Positions 15,501-29,050 of a stretch of 64,000 nucleotides of DNA are shown piece after piece (positions within the stretch are counted from its first letter, which is position 1; each line of letters begins with the position of its first letter). Made by a program: the position numbers and the translations under genes. Origin of the DNA: Eledone cirrhosa (taxonomy: Eukaryota); NCBI GenBank assembly GCA_964016885.1, contig OZ024746.1, forward strand, positions 42,594,001 to 42,658,000, given 5' to 3'. The notes beneath the pieces are model-generated. The model saw nothing but the letters and a program-made list of their open reading frames with translations. It ran no database searches and was not told the DNA's origin.

Positions 15501-18500
15501 TTTAAGAAACATTGATATTATATATAAATAGCATTAAATAATCTAACTATGGTAAATATTTTCAGAATAAAATACTGCTGGAATAAAATATTTAAAGATT
15601 TTATTAACACTGAAATTTTAAATAAAAATGTTTATTTCTAATTTTTTTATAGGTTAAAACCACACACACATATGTTGACTTGGCTGTTTAAAAGTCAATA
15701 GATAATCTGATTCAAAATGAAACCATGCATAAAAATCTAAGTGAATTCCTTGATCCCTGAACAAAATTATTCTATGATTCCTATTTTCCTTTGCTGCCTA
15801 GTGATTCAAGAAAGAAACAGAAAAATGAGATATTGAGAAAAGAGTGCAGAAAAATGAGCTGATGAAATATGAGAACTGTAAACAAAGATTTGCAGAATCA
15901 ACAGTGATGGAGTCACAGCATAGGAAAATAGAGAGAAAAAAGAAAAAGAGGAATTTTAGCGGAAATATTCTTCTAGCCTAAGCTGTTGTCTGAATACATC
16001 TAAGAGACTGACAATGATTTCTCATGTCTTCAAAGTGTTGCTTATAATAGACTACTGCTGTCACCCTCTTCTACTAGTATAACCAGTTCCCAAAGGCAAA
16101 TGTAAATGTGTGCAGAATGTAAGAGGATGTTTTTGGAGACCAAGTGTAACTAGATAGATTAGTTAGCTTTGTCAGTTGAAATCTACAGTAAGCACATAAA
16201 GTGCCTAAGGATGTCATACTAAGTAGCAAAGAAAATTAAATGTAGTCATTGGAACAGGAAAAGAAACAAAATAAAATACATATTTCCATTACCCATCTTA
16301 GTTTAGGTGTACAATAACAGATGATAAAAGCTCAATTGTTAAAGAATTATATAGGATAGGATGAGAGAGGGGGGAAAGAGAGAGAAAGAGTGAAAATGTA
16401 CGTGTGTGTGTGCACTTCTGAGATAGACAGAGGTGGAGAGAGAAACAGAGTAAGAAAGAATGAGAATGAGAGAGAAAGAGAGAGGGAGAAATAAATAAAA
16501 ATATAGTTCCAAAAGATTTTCTAGATAAATCATTACTAGACATTTCAATAGGTGTACACATCAAATTGTTATAAACATTATCTGTTCTTAAAGTAGTTTT
16601 ATTTTATAAATATATATTTTTTGGTAGCAATTTTTATCTTATAGCATGATAAAGATAAAGAATAAATTCCCATCAACCTGTGATGAGGTCTTATTAGAAT
16701 CTAAATTCTAATAGGGTTCTAAGTGAAACGTGATGAAAAAAAATGTCATGTGTAATTTCCACATGGAGTTAAAAAAAATACAGATAGTGGACAAAATAAT
16801 ATATTAATTGATTAACCTAAGAAGAAATAAGAAAAAGCAATAGAGCAAAAAATTGCAATGAAGCTTGACTTAATTCTGAAATTAAGAGTGCACTTAAATT
16901 TCACTAATATTTATTATATATGTTGAATGAAAACCCCCATTCCCCAAAAAACTATTAATGTGTTATTTTTTAATTATTTTATGCCCCAGAATATAAGAAA
17001 AATTCTCATAGCATTTTTTCAGATATAGGGCAGTTGTGGGAAGATTTTAAAGAAGTTATTTATCTTAATTTATAATTAACTATAATGATGTTTATAATAA
17101 AGAAAAACTAGATTCATTCCTTAAGCAATCTTATTTTTAATGAGATTATAATGAATCAGAAAAATAAACTAAAATAGAAATAAAACTTCAAAATCTCATA
17201 CCAAAGATGTTCTTTTTGTAAGGAAAAACTGTAATTGGTATCATCTGCAGGAAATTGGGTGTGCATTGCCTATTTTCTGTTGTCATAAAGAAAAGGAAAA
17301 TCTAACCAGATGTTATTGTCTGATCTACTTGTTTCTACTACTATCTGGAAAAAACATCCATACTGATATTAGTGTAAAAGAAAATTTTGCTCTAGGATGT
17401 ATAGAAACATTTTAATAGAATTATTTACAAGGTTGAGAAAATGCTCGAAATTGATAATCTACTATTCATATATGCGTTTCTCTTCTGGTGTGTGTTTTGT
17501 GTACAAGTGTATGCACGAGAAAGAGTAAATTCTATTGGATAAAAGCTTTTAGACAAGTTAATTGCTCATTTCTCACTAAATGGTTAGTTAGTTATAACCT
17601 TCAAAGGACAATTTGAAAGAAAAATGTATATAGTACTGTAGCTTAGCTGTTTCAGATAGTGTATTTAAAATATTTATTAGAATATATGGAAGACCTTAAG
17701 AGGTTAAATTGCTCACCAAGCAATCTTTCTAAATGAGTGAGTCCTTTTGTAACAGGAAAATATTCCATAAGTCTGTGTGGGATTATCTGTTTCAAAAAGA
17801 AATGCAGGAAAACGGATGAGATCAGTACAATATGACTTAAAGTAGTGATGGTCTAATAAAGAATATGGTGGTCTAATCAAGAATATATGGGATGGAGAAA
17901 GCAATTTTGTAGTAGCATAAAACACCAGAAGAATTGTATTTAATGCTTGAAACAGATCTTACAAAATGAGGAATGATGAAAAAAAAGCAAAACCTAGAAA
18001 GACAGTGTCATGAGTAAATTTACCACAAGGAAATACAAGCATGTCTGAAAGGGTGAGAATACATTAGTTAAGTATTTCAAATGTAGATCTTTTCAATTAA
18101 GTAAAAGAGCTTCTTCTGAATACATTCTAAAGTGTCAATGACCCAATATATTCTATTTTAAGGCATTATGTTATTCTACAATGTAAACAACTGTTCAGTT
18201 GAACAATTACTGTCTAAAAGAAAGTCAGGTTTCTTTACACTTCTGGCAATGTTATATACAGGATTTCTAATATGTTACTTCTCAAAGAAACAATTCCATT
18301 TAAAAGTTGCATTTCTAAGTGTGACAAGTACAATCATACAAGACACCACATTCACTGGATCCAACAGAACTCAATCAGGGTAACAAGTAGTATTTTGGGG
18401 TTATTAAAAATGGCATTAACCAAAAAATTAAAAGATTATCCAATGTTTCGTAGCTGCAAGAAATATACTAAACTGTCTTTATCAGCATTGCTCGTAATCC

Positions 18501-18968
18501 ACAGACAATTGTCTATATGGAATCTTGATCCCAAAACTCTGTATATCATTGTATTTTGTTGAATTGTTATGCTTCATAATATTCCTTTCTCAACTTGTTT
18601 ATTGCAATTATAATATGTAACAAATTAGTCATCACTTCTCTACTTCTTTCTTCCTTATGTCACTAGATGATGACAGCAAGAAATAAGTATAAACATTTTG
18701 AAGTGAATTATATAATGATAATAATAATTACTGTTATTACTAAAAACAACTGGGATCCATGGATTTTTGAATTGCTGACAAATTGCTGATAGCATGAATT
18801 GTTTATAGTATGATTTGTTTCTCTTGAAATAAGTAACAATTACACTGTAAGGGATTATTAATTTTGTTAATTATCTGGAGTTTCATTTATTTCCTAATTG
18901 GTATAAAAGTCACACAAAGTGAAATAATTGTTATTTTGAATAATTATCTTATGATAATTATCATTATA

Positions 18969-19015
<47 letters not shown>

Positions 19016-19016
19016 A
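18969..19016. repeat. (TAAA)n microsatellite
   Basis: Directly visible. Confidence 0.95.
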
Positions 19017-19599
19017 AGAGAAATGATTATTTTTACAGGATATATATAACTAATGTCAAATAAAATTCAGCAATTTATTGTGAGTTAATCCCAGAAAACT
19101 TATAAATGCTTAGTTTAAATTTAGAGATTAATTAATATTAACAGAAAAAATAAGGGATTTTGCTTCTCTTAAATAATTTAATTTCTTTTGCTGACATTTG
19201 TAATTGTATTACATAGGATTTTCAACTGATGTCAATGATCGATGCTTTTCCTTCAAAGATAATAAAATAGGTTTCATTATTGAGTAGAGAATTATGGAAA
19301 TAAATGAAGACAAATTTTCCTGTTTATTTTTACACTGTTTGGCTTCAAATATCAATTTAATGCTATTAAAATAATGAATATTAAATGTATAAATGAAAAT
19401 ATTAATGTCTCCACTATTCAATACATTCCAGTATTCAACTATTGTGTCAAAGTTTAACTTGATCCATTTAGATCAAGGTAAACTATGATGGCAAAAATTC
19501 CAAGGATGCAATATTTTCTATATGAATAAGTAATTGCTTATCAACTGCATACATGACATCTTAATTTTAAAAGAGGATTTTGACAAAGACAAAAAGAAT

Positions 19600-19820
19600 G
19601 TAACCCTTTAGCATTTATATTATATATACTGTTGTATTTTCATGGTAAAGGCTTTATCTTACATAATTATTTCATAATATTGAATCTATAAGATTTTGAT
19701 GCTATTTATTTTGAGAACAATACCTTAACGTCAGTATGAGAGGCCAGTTACAGCCGTTTTGAACAGAAAGAGGTGAGAGAGTTCTGGCTGGATATGGCCA
19801 GTTTAAATGTTAATGGGTAA
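19600..19820 (+). mobile_element. piggyBac-type MITE (~220 bp)
   Basis: TAACCC..TTTAGCATTTA left end and TAAATGTTAATGGGTAA right end; body homologous to 27400-27612. Confidence 0.7.
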
Positions 19821-20153
19821 ATGCTCTCTGCAATAAGATAAAATATGATAGTTATTATTGGTTTAGCTACTGTCTTGCTCATATCAAAAAACGATCCAGT
19901 AAACTGAACAATCAATAATGTAAGAAATATTCAGAGACTATCAGAGAAAAACATAAATATCCATATTTGAACTAGTTCAGATCCTTGGTTATTCATTCAC
20001 ATTTTATATGTCTAATTTTGGAACTAATCTTCAGAAATGATTAAATCAAATTATAAAAAGAAACTGTATTGACAAATAGAAAATATATATGTATAACATA
20101 GAATTTCTATAGACAATTTCTTCACCTATGATACAATTCAGTTATATATATAT

Positions 20154-20410
20154 ATAGGAAAATGTTTAACCCCGACGGCAGAGCTCAAGCTCTTTTGACG
20201 GCTATTTCTGGACTAAATTAGAATTTTTAGCGTGGCAATAAACTTTATTACCACGCTAAAAATTCTAATTTAGTCCAGAAATAGCCGACGAAATGGCTTG
20301 AGCTCTGCCGTCAGGGTTAAACATTTTCCTATTACCCACTCTACTACCCTAAGTATTGAGTACTCTGGTGCGTTATGGTCCATCTGGTTCCTTACCACAC
20401 TTCCTTTGTT
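20154..20410. mobile_element. Fold-back family F copy with palindrome 20154-20332
   Basis: ~89-bp arms centred at 20243; the right arm continues into the family 3' sequence; (TA)n on both sides. Confidence 0.85.
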
Positions 20411-20471
20411 ATATATATATATATATTTCATTTCTGAATTTGTTTAGCAAGATTCTTTATCTGAAAACGTG

Positions 20472-20519
20472 TGTTGAAACTGAAGAGGTCACAGAATCTG
20501 TGACGAAAGAACTTTGACA
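20472..20519 (+). ncRNA. Hammerhead ribozyme core (stems I and III degenerate) in a PLE-like island 20428-20655
   Basis: CUGAAGA-G-GUCACAG-AAU-CUGUGAC-GAAA; AATAAA downstream; island bounded by (TA)n. Confidence 0.65.
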
Positions 20520-20649
20520 ATATATGAACAATCGTCTGGTTGTGAAACCAACCAACCAACCAGAAATTTATAAATTTTATTTATAATAAATTGAAGTGAA
20601 AGCAACTGGTGCGTGTGTTTCTTATTGGAACATGACCCTCCCAAAGTAT

Positions 20650-20701
<52 letters not shown>

Positions 20702-20710
20702 ATATGTATG

Positions 20711-20773
<63 letters not shown>

Positions 20774-23087
20774 ATATATATAAATATATGTATATATATA
20801 TATATGTATGTATATATATATATATATATATAAATATATATATTATATGTGTGTGCGTATGAGCATCTGCATGTGTGTATCAGATTTTAAACAATTTAAT
20901 CCAACCCAAGCAAGCATCATGGAAAAATGGACATAAAATATTGATGTTGATTAGCATATGATTATCATTACAAACTATTTTTTACAGATATCTCTAAAAG
21001 GATTTTAAAAACAAATTGTGGGAGAGAAATTACTGAAATAAATTCATATTCAAAAGCTGATAATCAATCAAGAATAAGGTTGGATGTTTTTGATCTAAGA
21101 AAAGATCCAAATAAGTAATGTAATGATTTATATTAATGAATGTTTTATAATATTTATTGGGTCAACCCCCAATATTTGGCTTCTTCCCAACATTTACATT
21201 CAAATTTTGATCTCATGCTGACTTAAATCAGTCTCATATTTAAAAATAAAATACAGATGGACATAAAAGAAACACAAATTTGTTGAAAGATGAAAACAAT
21301 GGAACTAAAACAATCAATGACCAAATTTTATTCTAGAAAGCTAACAATTTCCATTAATCTCTCTGGAACAGTGAATGAAACAAAGTAATAAGGAATAAAA
21401 TGAAAATTATTTGATAGCAAGAATAGTAAGAAATAAAAACTGGACAATTTGATAGTCAGAATGGTTTTATGATATGCTTCCATTTTGTTTCTTTTAATAC
21501 CAGCAATAAAACGTTAGTCCAAAAATGATTACTTGGACTATAAAGTTTCACACATGATTACAAAGTGTTGTTGTTCTAATTCTTCAAAGGTTAAATTAGT
21601 CAATACCAAATCTAAACAAGAATCATACATCTATTATTAACATTGATCAGTTATTTTATTAGAGGGAAACCTTTTAATGCCAGCTTTTTAAATACAACTG
21701 GCTTCAAACATTTCCTCTATTTCAGTATAGTTAAAGCTATAGGAAAAGCAAAATAGCTGGGAGGCTATCTGACCAGCAGCTCTACAATGTGTGTCTTTGG
21801 AGATGCAACTTATTTCTCACTGCTTCAGTTTATCTAGCTGCAGGGTATATGCAGCGTTTCTTCTAAGAAATGCTATTTAGAACAGACAGATATTGTAGCC
21901 ATAGAAAAATCTATATCTCACCTACTTAACATAGCAGAAATAGGGAGGAGAAACCAGCCTTAAGAACACTACTGTCCCCAAGGATAAGTTTTTTAGTAAA
22001 GAAATTCATGAGCAACATATATAATCTATTTAATATTCTGAATTGTTGATTTTTATATGTTCCCTAAGATTTATTATCCGAAGGAGTTTAAAGTTTAGGT
22101 TTCTAAACTGACTTCAATTATCTAGAGACTGTCTACTTAATTTATTGAAATTCCCACTTTTTACTAGTATAGAACTTAGTTTATTTATTGAAGCCATTAT
22201 TTTACATTATAACCGTTAAATCTAACATTAGTTGGAAAATTGTACAACTTTAGACATTATTGGAGTGGATATTTAACGGCTAGATCTTTCTATTTCCTAC
22301 AACTAATTACAAACTGAAGAAGCACACATTTTTATGTCTTTAATTGGCAGATAAATATTTATTTTGTACCTTCTGGCTTATGCTGTCTTAATTGGTGTAG
22401 GAATGTTTAAGACTAAGTAACAATTTTTTTTTTAAATGAGGAAGGGAATATAATGTATTTTGAACTTCATGAAGTATAAAAAATCAAAATGTAAATGGAA
22501 TAACAAAGTAAATATTTCTTCACAAAACCAATCCTTCCTTAATATTTAGTTTCCTTTAGTTTGAGTGTTTTTATTTACTTGTTATGTAATCAGAACACTC
22601 TATGATGTGCCTTCATAATTGGATACATATTCTCATATACTAATACATATTGATGAAAACGTGGTTCCACTAAATTGTTTCCAAGTAATACAGTATTAAT
22701 TACACAGATCAACAACAATTAACAAATTCCTTACCTAACTGAATAAGTAAAATTATAATTTTTAAGCTATTCTCTACTCACTAAATACTTGATTCTATAT
22801 AAGATATATTTATTTTGGTATGGATCAGAACAAGCAAAATTTGTTCAACTATTCTGGAACCATTTGGCTGCAATGTAATAATGTATATTGAATTAGATTG
22901 TAGACCTGTCCAACCCTTGCTAGTAGGGAAAGCAGATGTTAAATGACGATGAGGATTGTACATATCTTGTGTAGGTATCTGAAATGAATGATGTAGTTAT
23001 GGAAATTTGACAACAAACATACAATAAAATGAATAATACATGAAATATAAACATAAAATGTTTAATACATTAATGAGTGATAAATAC

Positions 23088-23183
<96 letters not shown>

Positions 23184-23185
23184 TA

Positions 23186-23974
23186 GGATCAACAAACTGA
23201 GGGAAAAACTTGACATAAGAGGAATTGGATGTAGTGTACATGAGAAAAGACTGTGTTGGTATGGACAAGTGATACACATGGAAGATAGCAGCTGGATAAA
23301 TAAATTCAGGGAAACCACAGTGACTAGGACCCAGGAAAACATGGGATGAGGTTGTGAAAACTGACCTTAAAAAGCTAAAACCACAACAGAAATGACTAAA
23401 GACTGCAGGGGCTGGCACTAAGCAGTGCTGCGGAAGACACAACTTGCAGCATACATGCTATCTGACCTACCCCCATGCCCACCTGCCTCCACTAGCATTA
23501 GCACTCCCCATCAATTATCCTTAACATCACTACTTCTCCCCACTGCACATGCCCCCCTTTCCAGTGAAGCAGTTGGTGATTGGAAGGGCATTCAGTCATG
23601 GAGGGCAACCCAAACTTACAAAGTATTGTGAGGACCATTCAGTCGTGTCAAGGACATGATAGCCTTTCTAGTGTTTGGTAATCTACATGATAAGCACAGC
23701 CAATGCGTGCTGTAAAGTAGTTGGTGATAGGAAAGGCATCCAGCCATATAAATCTTGTCCCCAAAAAGGGTCAGAAGAACCTTTAGATGTTTCAAAGACA
23801 GGACCACTTCTCCAGTGCACTCAGTGGACAATTGAATGTGCATAAAGCAAGATACAGATCTATTGCTTGCCTGGGAGATCAGTGGCTCTGCTTCAGTAAA
23901 GTCTTGGTCAATGTAGACCCATCCAACCCTTGCTAGCAAGGAAAGTGGATATTAAAACAATGATGATGTTGATG
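23186..23974 (+). mobile_element. Diverged RTE LINE 3' end with 3'UTR and (GAT)n tail
   Basis: LREKLDIRGI..EKRLCWYGQV; GGAAGGGCAT motif twice; tail. Confidence 0.75.
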
Positions 23975-24214
23975 ATATATATATATATTCTGTTATAAAA
24001 GAGGCAAAACCAAATAGAGTTAATATGCCTGTATGATCTCTGTAGGAGGTATATAACTTCCAAAACTATTTTAGTAGGAGACTAAATATATATTCTAATA
24101 TAGTTCATAATTAGCCAAATGTGTAAAACTTTCGAAGGCTGAAAATTATACATAATTACTATACAATCAATATAGAATCATTTTAAAGATCTTTTATAAA
24201 CAACCATTACTGAC

Positions 24215-24265
24215 CTTTCTCTGTGATCCTGAAGCCTTTGCTCTTGGGGTAGAAATCCCTTGCAC
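24215..24265 (-). CDS. Possible 51-nt internal exon of an unidentified host gene
   Basis: Minus strand TTTCATTTTTTTACAG|GTGCAAGG...AGAGAAAG|GTCAGT; length divisible by 3, no stop in any frame, GC above its flanks. Confidence 0.4.
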
Positions 24266-25329
24266 CTGTAAAAAAATGAAAACCAAATTTAGACCAAAAG
24301 AAAATTTGAGTGAACAAGGTCAATGTTTTTAAAAAGAAGCCCAGCTGAAATTGGATACAGTAATGATAATGAAGTAATATATAAAATATAGAATGAAGAA
24401 ATAAGTGGATTTAGTTGTAAAAGAAAGCACAGAATATGTTTGATTTTTTACTAAGTTATGATAATAAAACCAAAAGTCATTTGAAACATTTCGTTTTTAT
24501 GAGCATTCAGGAGTCACTGAAAATAAATCCTGTTAAAAGAATGTGAGATTAAGAAGGAGTGAAAGATTGAAAGAATGATAAGACTGTATTGGAAGTGATT
24601 AAAATACAATTATTACTGATTATCATAGTTTACAGCAGAGATTGTGTGAGCTACTTATCTCACCAAAGTATTCTCTCTTATCATCAATGCCTAGTGAACC
24701 ATCTATAGCTTAATGACCATAAAAATACAGCAGTCGCATACGATTATCTAATGGGCCTCAATAATAGATTGTTTCTTAAAAAAAAAAAAGAAGTGAACAG
24801 CATTATTCAAAGAAATGTGAAGCATATACATAATTATTCAACCAGAGTATAAAGTTAGACAAGTTGGATCATATTAACTATAAATAATTTTGATTTGCAA
24901 AGTTTTCAGTTCAGCATATATTAATGATATTATTTATTAGGATACATCTATTACACACATGCAAATATATTCAAAAGTATCTGCTGAATATGAAAATACA
25001 TAAGACATACACCCATGATGTTTGTCTTTTATAAGAAGAGAAATTAAAGACCTGAACTCATTGCCTGAGACAATGCCAGTAAAATAGGCAAACTTAAGAT
25101 TAGTAATATCCTTCCAATATGGTTACCTTATTTATTCATATGACACACAGTGAATAGCAGAAACCAAGTGCATTGTCAAAAAACTTTACTGAAATTGAAA
25201 GACTGAAAATATAATTCAAGGAAAGTGAAATTTTATAATTCCACAAAGATAATCACTGAACATTTTGCTTTATATTGTGAATAGAAAACATGGAAGCAAA
25301 TAATTCCACAATCAAGCAGAAACCATATT

Positions 25330-26010
25330 CCTGTAGAAACTTTCACAGCAGTTCCTGTGGATTGCGGTTGTATACCTTTTTGATGTTTACTAAGCATGAA
25401 TACACCTCATGCAGTACTCTCATGATTTCTCAAACACCTACCACAGTGTGAATATTTGGTCAGCTGTGCTGCTTCCAGGGCAAAAGAGGCATTCTTCATC
25501 AGCTAGCTTGGACTCAACAATCTCCTTACACCTCCTTACCAGGCGGCATAAATGTCACTGGGGAGGCTTAACATGGAGATCCTCTATATTTGAAGCAATC
25601 TCTTGTTTCCCTTTATACGAAATGAGATTATCACTCATGATTGCCATTGGTTAGGTGCCTTTCCAGAGATCCAGGGCACTGGGTTTTGGAGTAACATTAC
25701 TTGATAGAGTACATAGCTTGGAGATCAGAAAGTTGCTTCAGGTAGAGCCACTACTTTTCCAGATTAAGAAATCGCAGCTCTGATACCATGGGCATGTGAT
25801 TAGAATGTCTCAGGAAAGAATCACTGAACAGATTTTACAGGCAAAACCAACTGGCAGACCCTGAGCAAGATGGTTGGATAACATCTTTGTGTTCAGTTGG
25901 TCTCACTTGGGGATTCAGCTAGATCAATTGGAGATCATTGCTTCTGACGGGACCCGCTGGAAGGAGTGTTTCAGGACTCAGCTCTCATGGCCCTCTCAGG
26001 AATAAGTAGG
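25330..26010. mobile_element. RTE LINE with 5' inversion: RT piece on minus (~25330-25670), 3' end on plus (~25685-26010)
   Basis: Minus: PGSSTADQIFTL..FEKS*EY. Plus: GVTLLDRVHSLEIRK..QL*YHGHVIRM..RP*ARWLDNI. Confidence 0.75.
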
Positions 26011-26651
26011 CAGAGGAGTAGGGGGAGGAGAAAAAGAAGAAGCCACAGCAGCTTCATATCATATGTTCTTTGTACATAAATGGTATAATTTTGGTACACA
26101 AACAAAAATAGTTTTAAAATAAAGTTTTGTTAAGCAGAAGTAATATTTTGGTGTCAATTTTAATTAAGTTAGGAAAAGCATTGATAATTTATTAGAAAAT
26201 ATATAACTCAATACAGAGCTCTTATATACATGGTGGCAGGGGGAAAAAACCATGAGCTTTATTAAAATAACAAATTCTAATTTAAAATCATTATATTGAA
26301 AATAGATATTTAGTTCATTAGAAACTCCTGTACATCCTTGTCTTTTTTCAATATCTGAATTTTCAACATTTGTACAGTAAATATATCCAAAACTGTGTAC
26401 AGCTCTATCTCTTGAAATTATTTTCAATCCCGAGGCACATAAAATTTTCTATCTTGAGTTTAGATCCCTTATCTTAGAACTAGTTGATGCTGATGCTACA
26501 AATACAAATTAATGGATCTATTCTATTTAATACAGTCATTTAAATGTTGTGGTAGGAATAACAATATAATTAGAATTTATCTTTGAAGTAGTTTTTAATT
26601 TGGTCACATGTAATTAGGCAAAATAAGATTTTTGATACTGTGTGTATTTGT

Positions 26652-26708
26652 ATAGTAGTAGTAGTAGTCATCGTAGTAGCAGTAATAGTAGCAGCAGCAG
26701 TAGTAATT

Positions 26709-26755
<47 letters not shown>

Positions 26756-26819
26756 AGTAGTAATAGTACCAGCAGAGGTGGTAGTAACAGCAGCAGCAGC
26801 AGCAATAGTAGTAGTAGTC
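26652..26819. repeat. (AGT)n/(AGC)n trinucleotide microsatellite
   Basis: Directly visible. Confidence 0.95.
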
Positions 26820-27399
26820 TACTAATACTTTAAGTACTATAATTCTATCACTCACATTAAATCTATCAATAATGCTACTTATCTACATTTCTGCACATAT
26901 TATATCTACACTCCCACTTCCAAAATTGTTACATATGCAGAAGAATGCATAACTAAGCCCATTTCCTGCGATTAGTTTTACTTTCTGCATGAAACAATAC
27001 ATCAAATCATTACATTTTAACATTGTATTTATATTGATAGTAGCTATATTAAGACCAATTACCTGAAAAGGAGGACATTTACAATAAATCATAGACATAA
27101 CTAAAAAAATTAAAAGATTTTCCAAAATGTATCCAAGAAATGTTTTTAAAATGTCAACTAAAGATTCAAACACATTCCTAAGAAGAAAAATATCTAGTTG
27201 TTTAAAAAATAGTAACAGTCTAAAACATATTGTGGTTAATGATAGAATGAGAAATCAAAAATATACAAATGTTTACTAGAAGAAGAGATGCTGATAAAAA
27301 ACCCAGTCACTATAATGGTTATGTAAATGTAAAATGCAGTGAATTGGCAGTCATTAGAGCATTGGATTAAATGCCTCAGAAACTGTTATGGCTCTCTAT

Positions 27400-27612
27400 G
27401 CCTTTAGCATTTACATTACTCAATATATACTATTGTATTTTTGTGGTAAAGGCTTTATCTTACATAATTATCTCACATAATATCAAATCTATGAGATTTT
27501 GAAGTTACTTATTTGAGATAAATACTTTAATGTATGAGCGACCAGTTGCGGCCAGTTTGAACAGAAAGAGGTGAGAGAATTCTGACCAGATATGGCAGGT
27601 TTTAAAGGGTTA
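27400..27612 (+). mobile_element. piggyBac-type MITE nested in a SINE B head
   Basis: Homologous to 19600; ends AAAGGGTTAA. Confidence 0.7.
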
Positions 27613-28312
27613 AATACTGATTTTCATTTATTCGGAGTCAATAAGCAAAGTACTTGATCAGGGTTGGTGAATTGGAAAAATGGGTAAAGTGTTGGAAAAA
27701 ATGCATTTTATTATCTTTACCAGCTCTGTGTTCTGATTTTAAATTCCATCCCCTCACATTTATTTTTATATTTGTAATATTATTTATGTATATATTCAAT
27801 ACTTCCCTCTCATTGGAAAAGCAATGATGCTTCTGTTAGCTTTTGCACTCAGCAGATAGTATCAGCAATAGAAAGACAAATGGAAACATAGTTGACATTG
27901 TCTTATCTAATGATTGGCTCTTTCCTTTCATTTAGTTTTCTTTCCATTTTTCTTCTTTCAAAATGGTAATAAACATATTATCCAATAAATATATATATAT
28001 ACACATTCAAACTTACATTCACTCACACATACAAGTCCACTACCACACACCACATGGACATATGCATAACACACACTAACGTTGATACTTTACATAATAT
28101 ACCTTAAAAATAAACACACGTTTAAACATACACTTACACTCACACATAATACCGACACTTATACAGACACACTTCAATTTGCGTTCAAAAATTGTTACCA
28201 AGACTACCTAACGGTTTGTCTTCTTTACTCTCTTTACTTTCGATTTTGTTTCTTTTCTTGGACTACCTTTATTTTCTGTATGTATCCTTTGTGATCCTGC
28301 CTCTATTTTGGT

Positions 28313-28349
28313 AGTCCTGAAGAAGGGCTAATGCCCAACACATTGAACT
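28313..28349 (+). ncRNA. Degenerate minimal hammerhead ribozyme (likely inactive)
   Basis: AGUC-CUGAAGA-A-GGGC-UAAU-GCCC then AACA in place of GAAA. Confidence 0.45.
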
Positions 28350-28869
28350 TTCTTTCCCCTTTTCCATATAAAGCAAGAAACTAATAAGACTTTTTGTACC
28401 TCTGTTTGTATACATCTCACATTTCTTATCAGAAACAATATATCTTTATTATAATGGTTCATTCAACCTTTTAAAATGATTGTAAAACAATGAACTACTT
28501 AAACACAAAACCTCACCTAATTTTTTTTCATATATGACTCTGTAGTTCATTTGAATCCTCAAATAATGGTGTGTTTTTTTTCAAAAACGAAAAGCTTTTT
28601 TCACCAGATATATCATCCAATACTTGCTAGCATGATGATGATGATATATATATATATATATCGGACACAACCTAGCACATTTTTAGTAAGTAAGAAAGAA
28701 AACAGGGTTCTGATTCTTTCAGGAAAATGGCTTTGCTCAGCATGAAGTGAATGAGTAGGTAGAAATTCAATCTTATGTAGAAAATGTAAGCTATGGGTGC
28801 ACAAATATGTAGTCTTTGTATGTGGATAATGCACAGGAGCAGCAAGTAACAAGAGACTACAGGAAACAA

Positions 28870-29050
28870 GCTGCCCAGATTGCTCCCTTAAAATAGTTAA
28901 CAGCTTCTGCTACCTGGAGGACTAAATTACCAGTGGGGTTGGTTGTTCTGAAAGTATAGTAACCTGGGTGAGGAGGGCTGGAAAAAGTTCAGTGAGATAC
29001 TACCACTGTTTGCTACAAACTTACACATGCAGCTGAACCTCACAAAGGAA
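28870..29050 (+). mobile_element. Old RTE RT fragment
   Basis: IVNSFCYL..ITSGVGCSES-like translation with frameshifts. Confidence 0.45.

Noticed and set aside
20170-20200. Twister ribozyme in family F (CTCAAGC resembles L4)
   Set aside because: P4, T1 and P1 pairings could not be built
26604-26855. Poly-Ser/Val/Tyr ORFs
   Set aside because: Trinucleotide microsatellite
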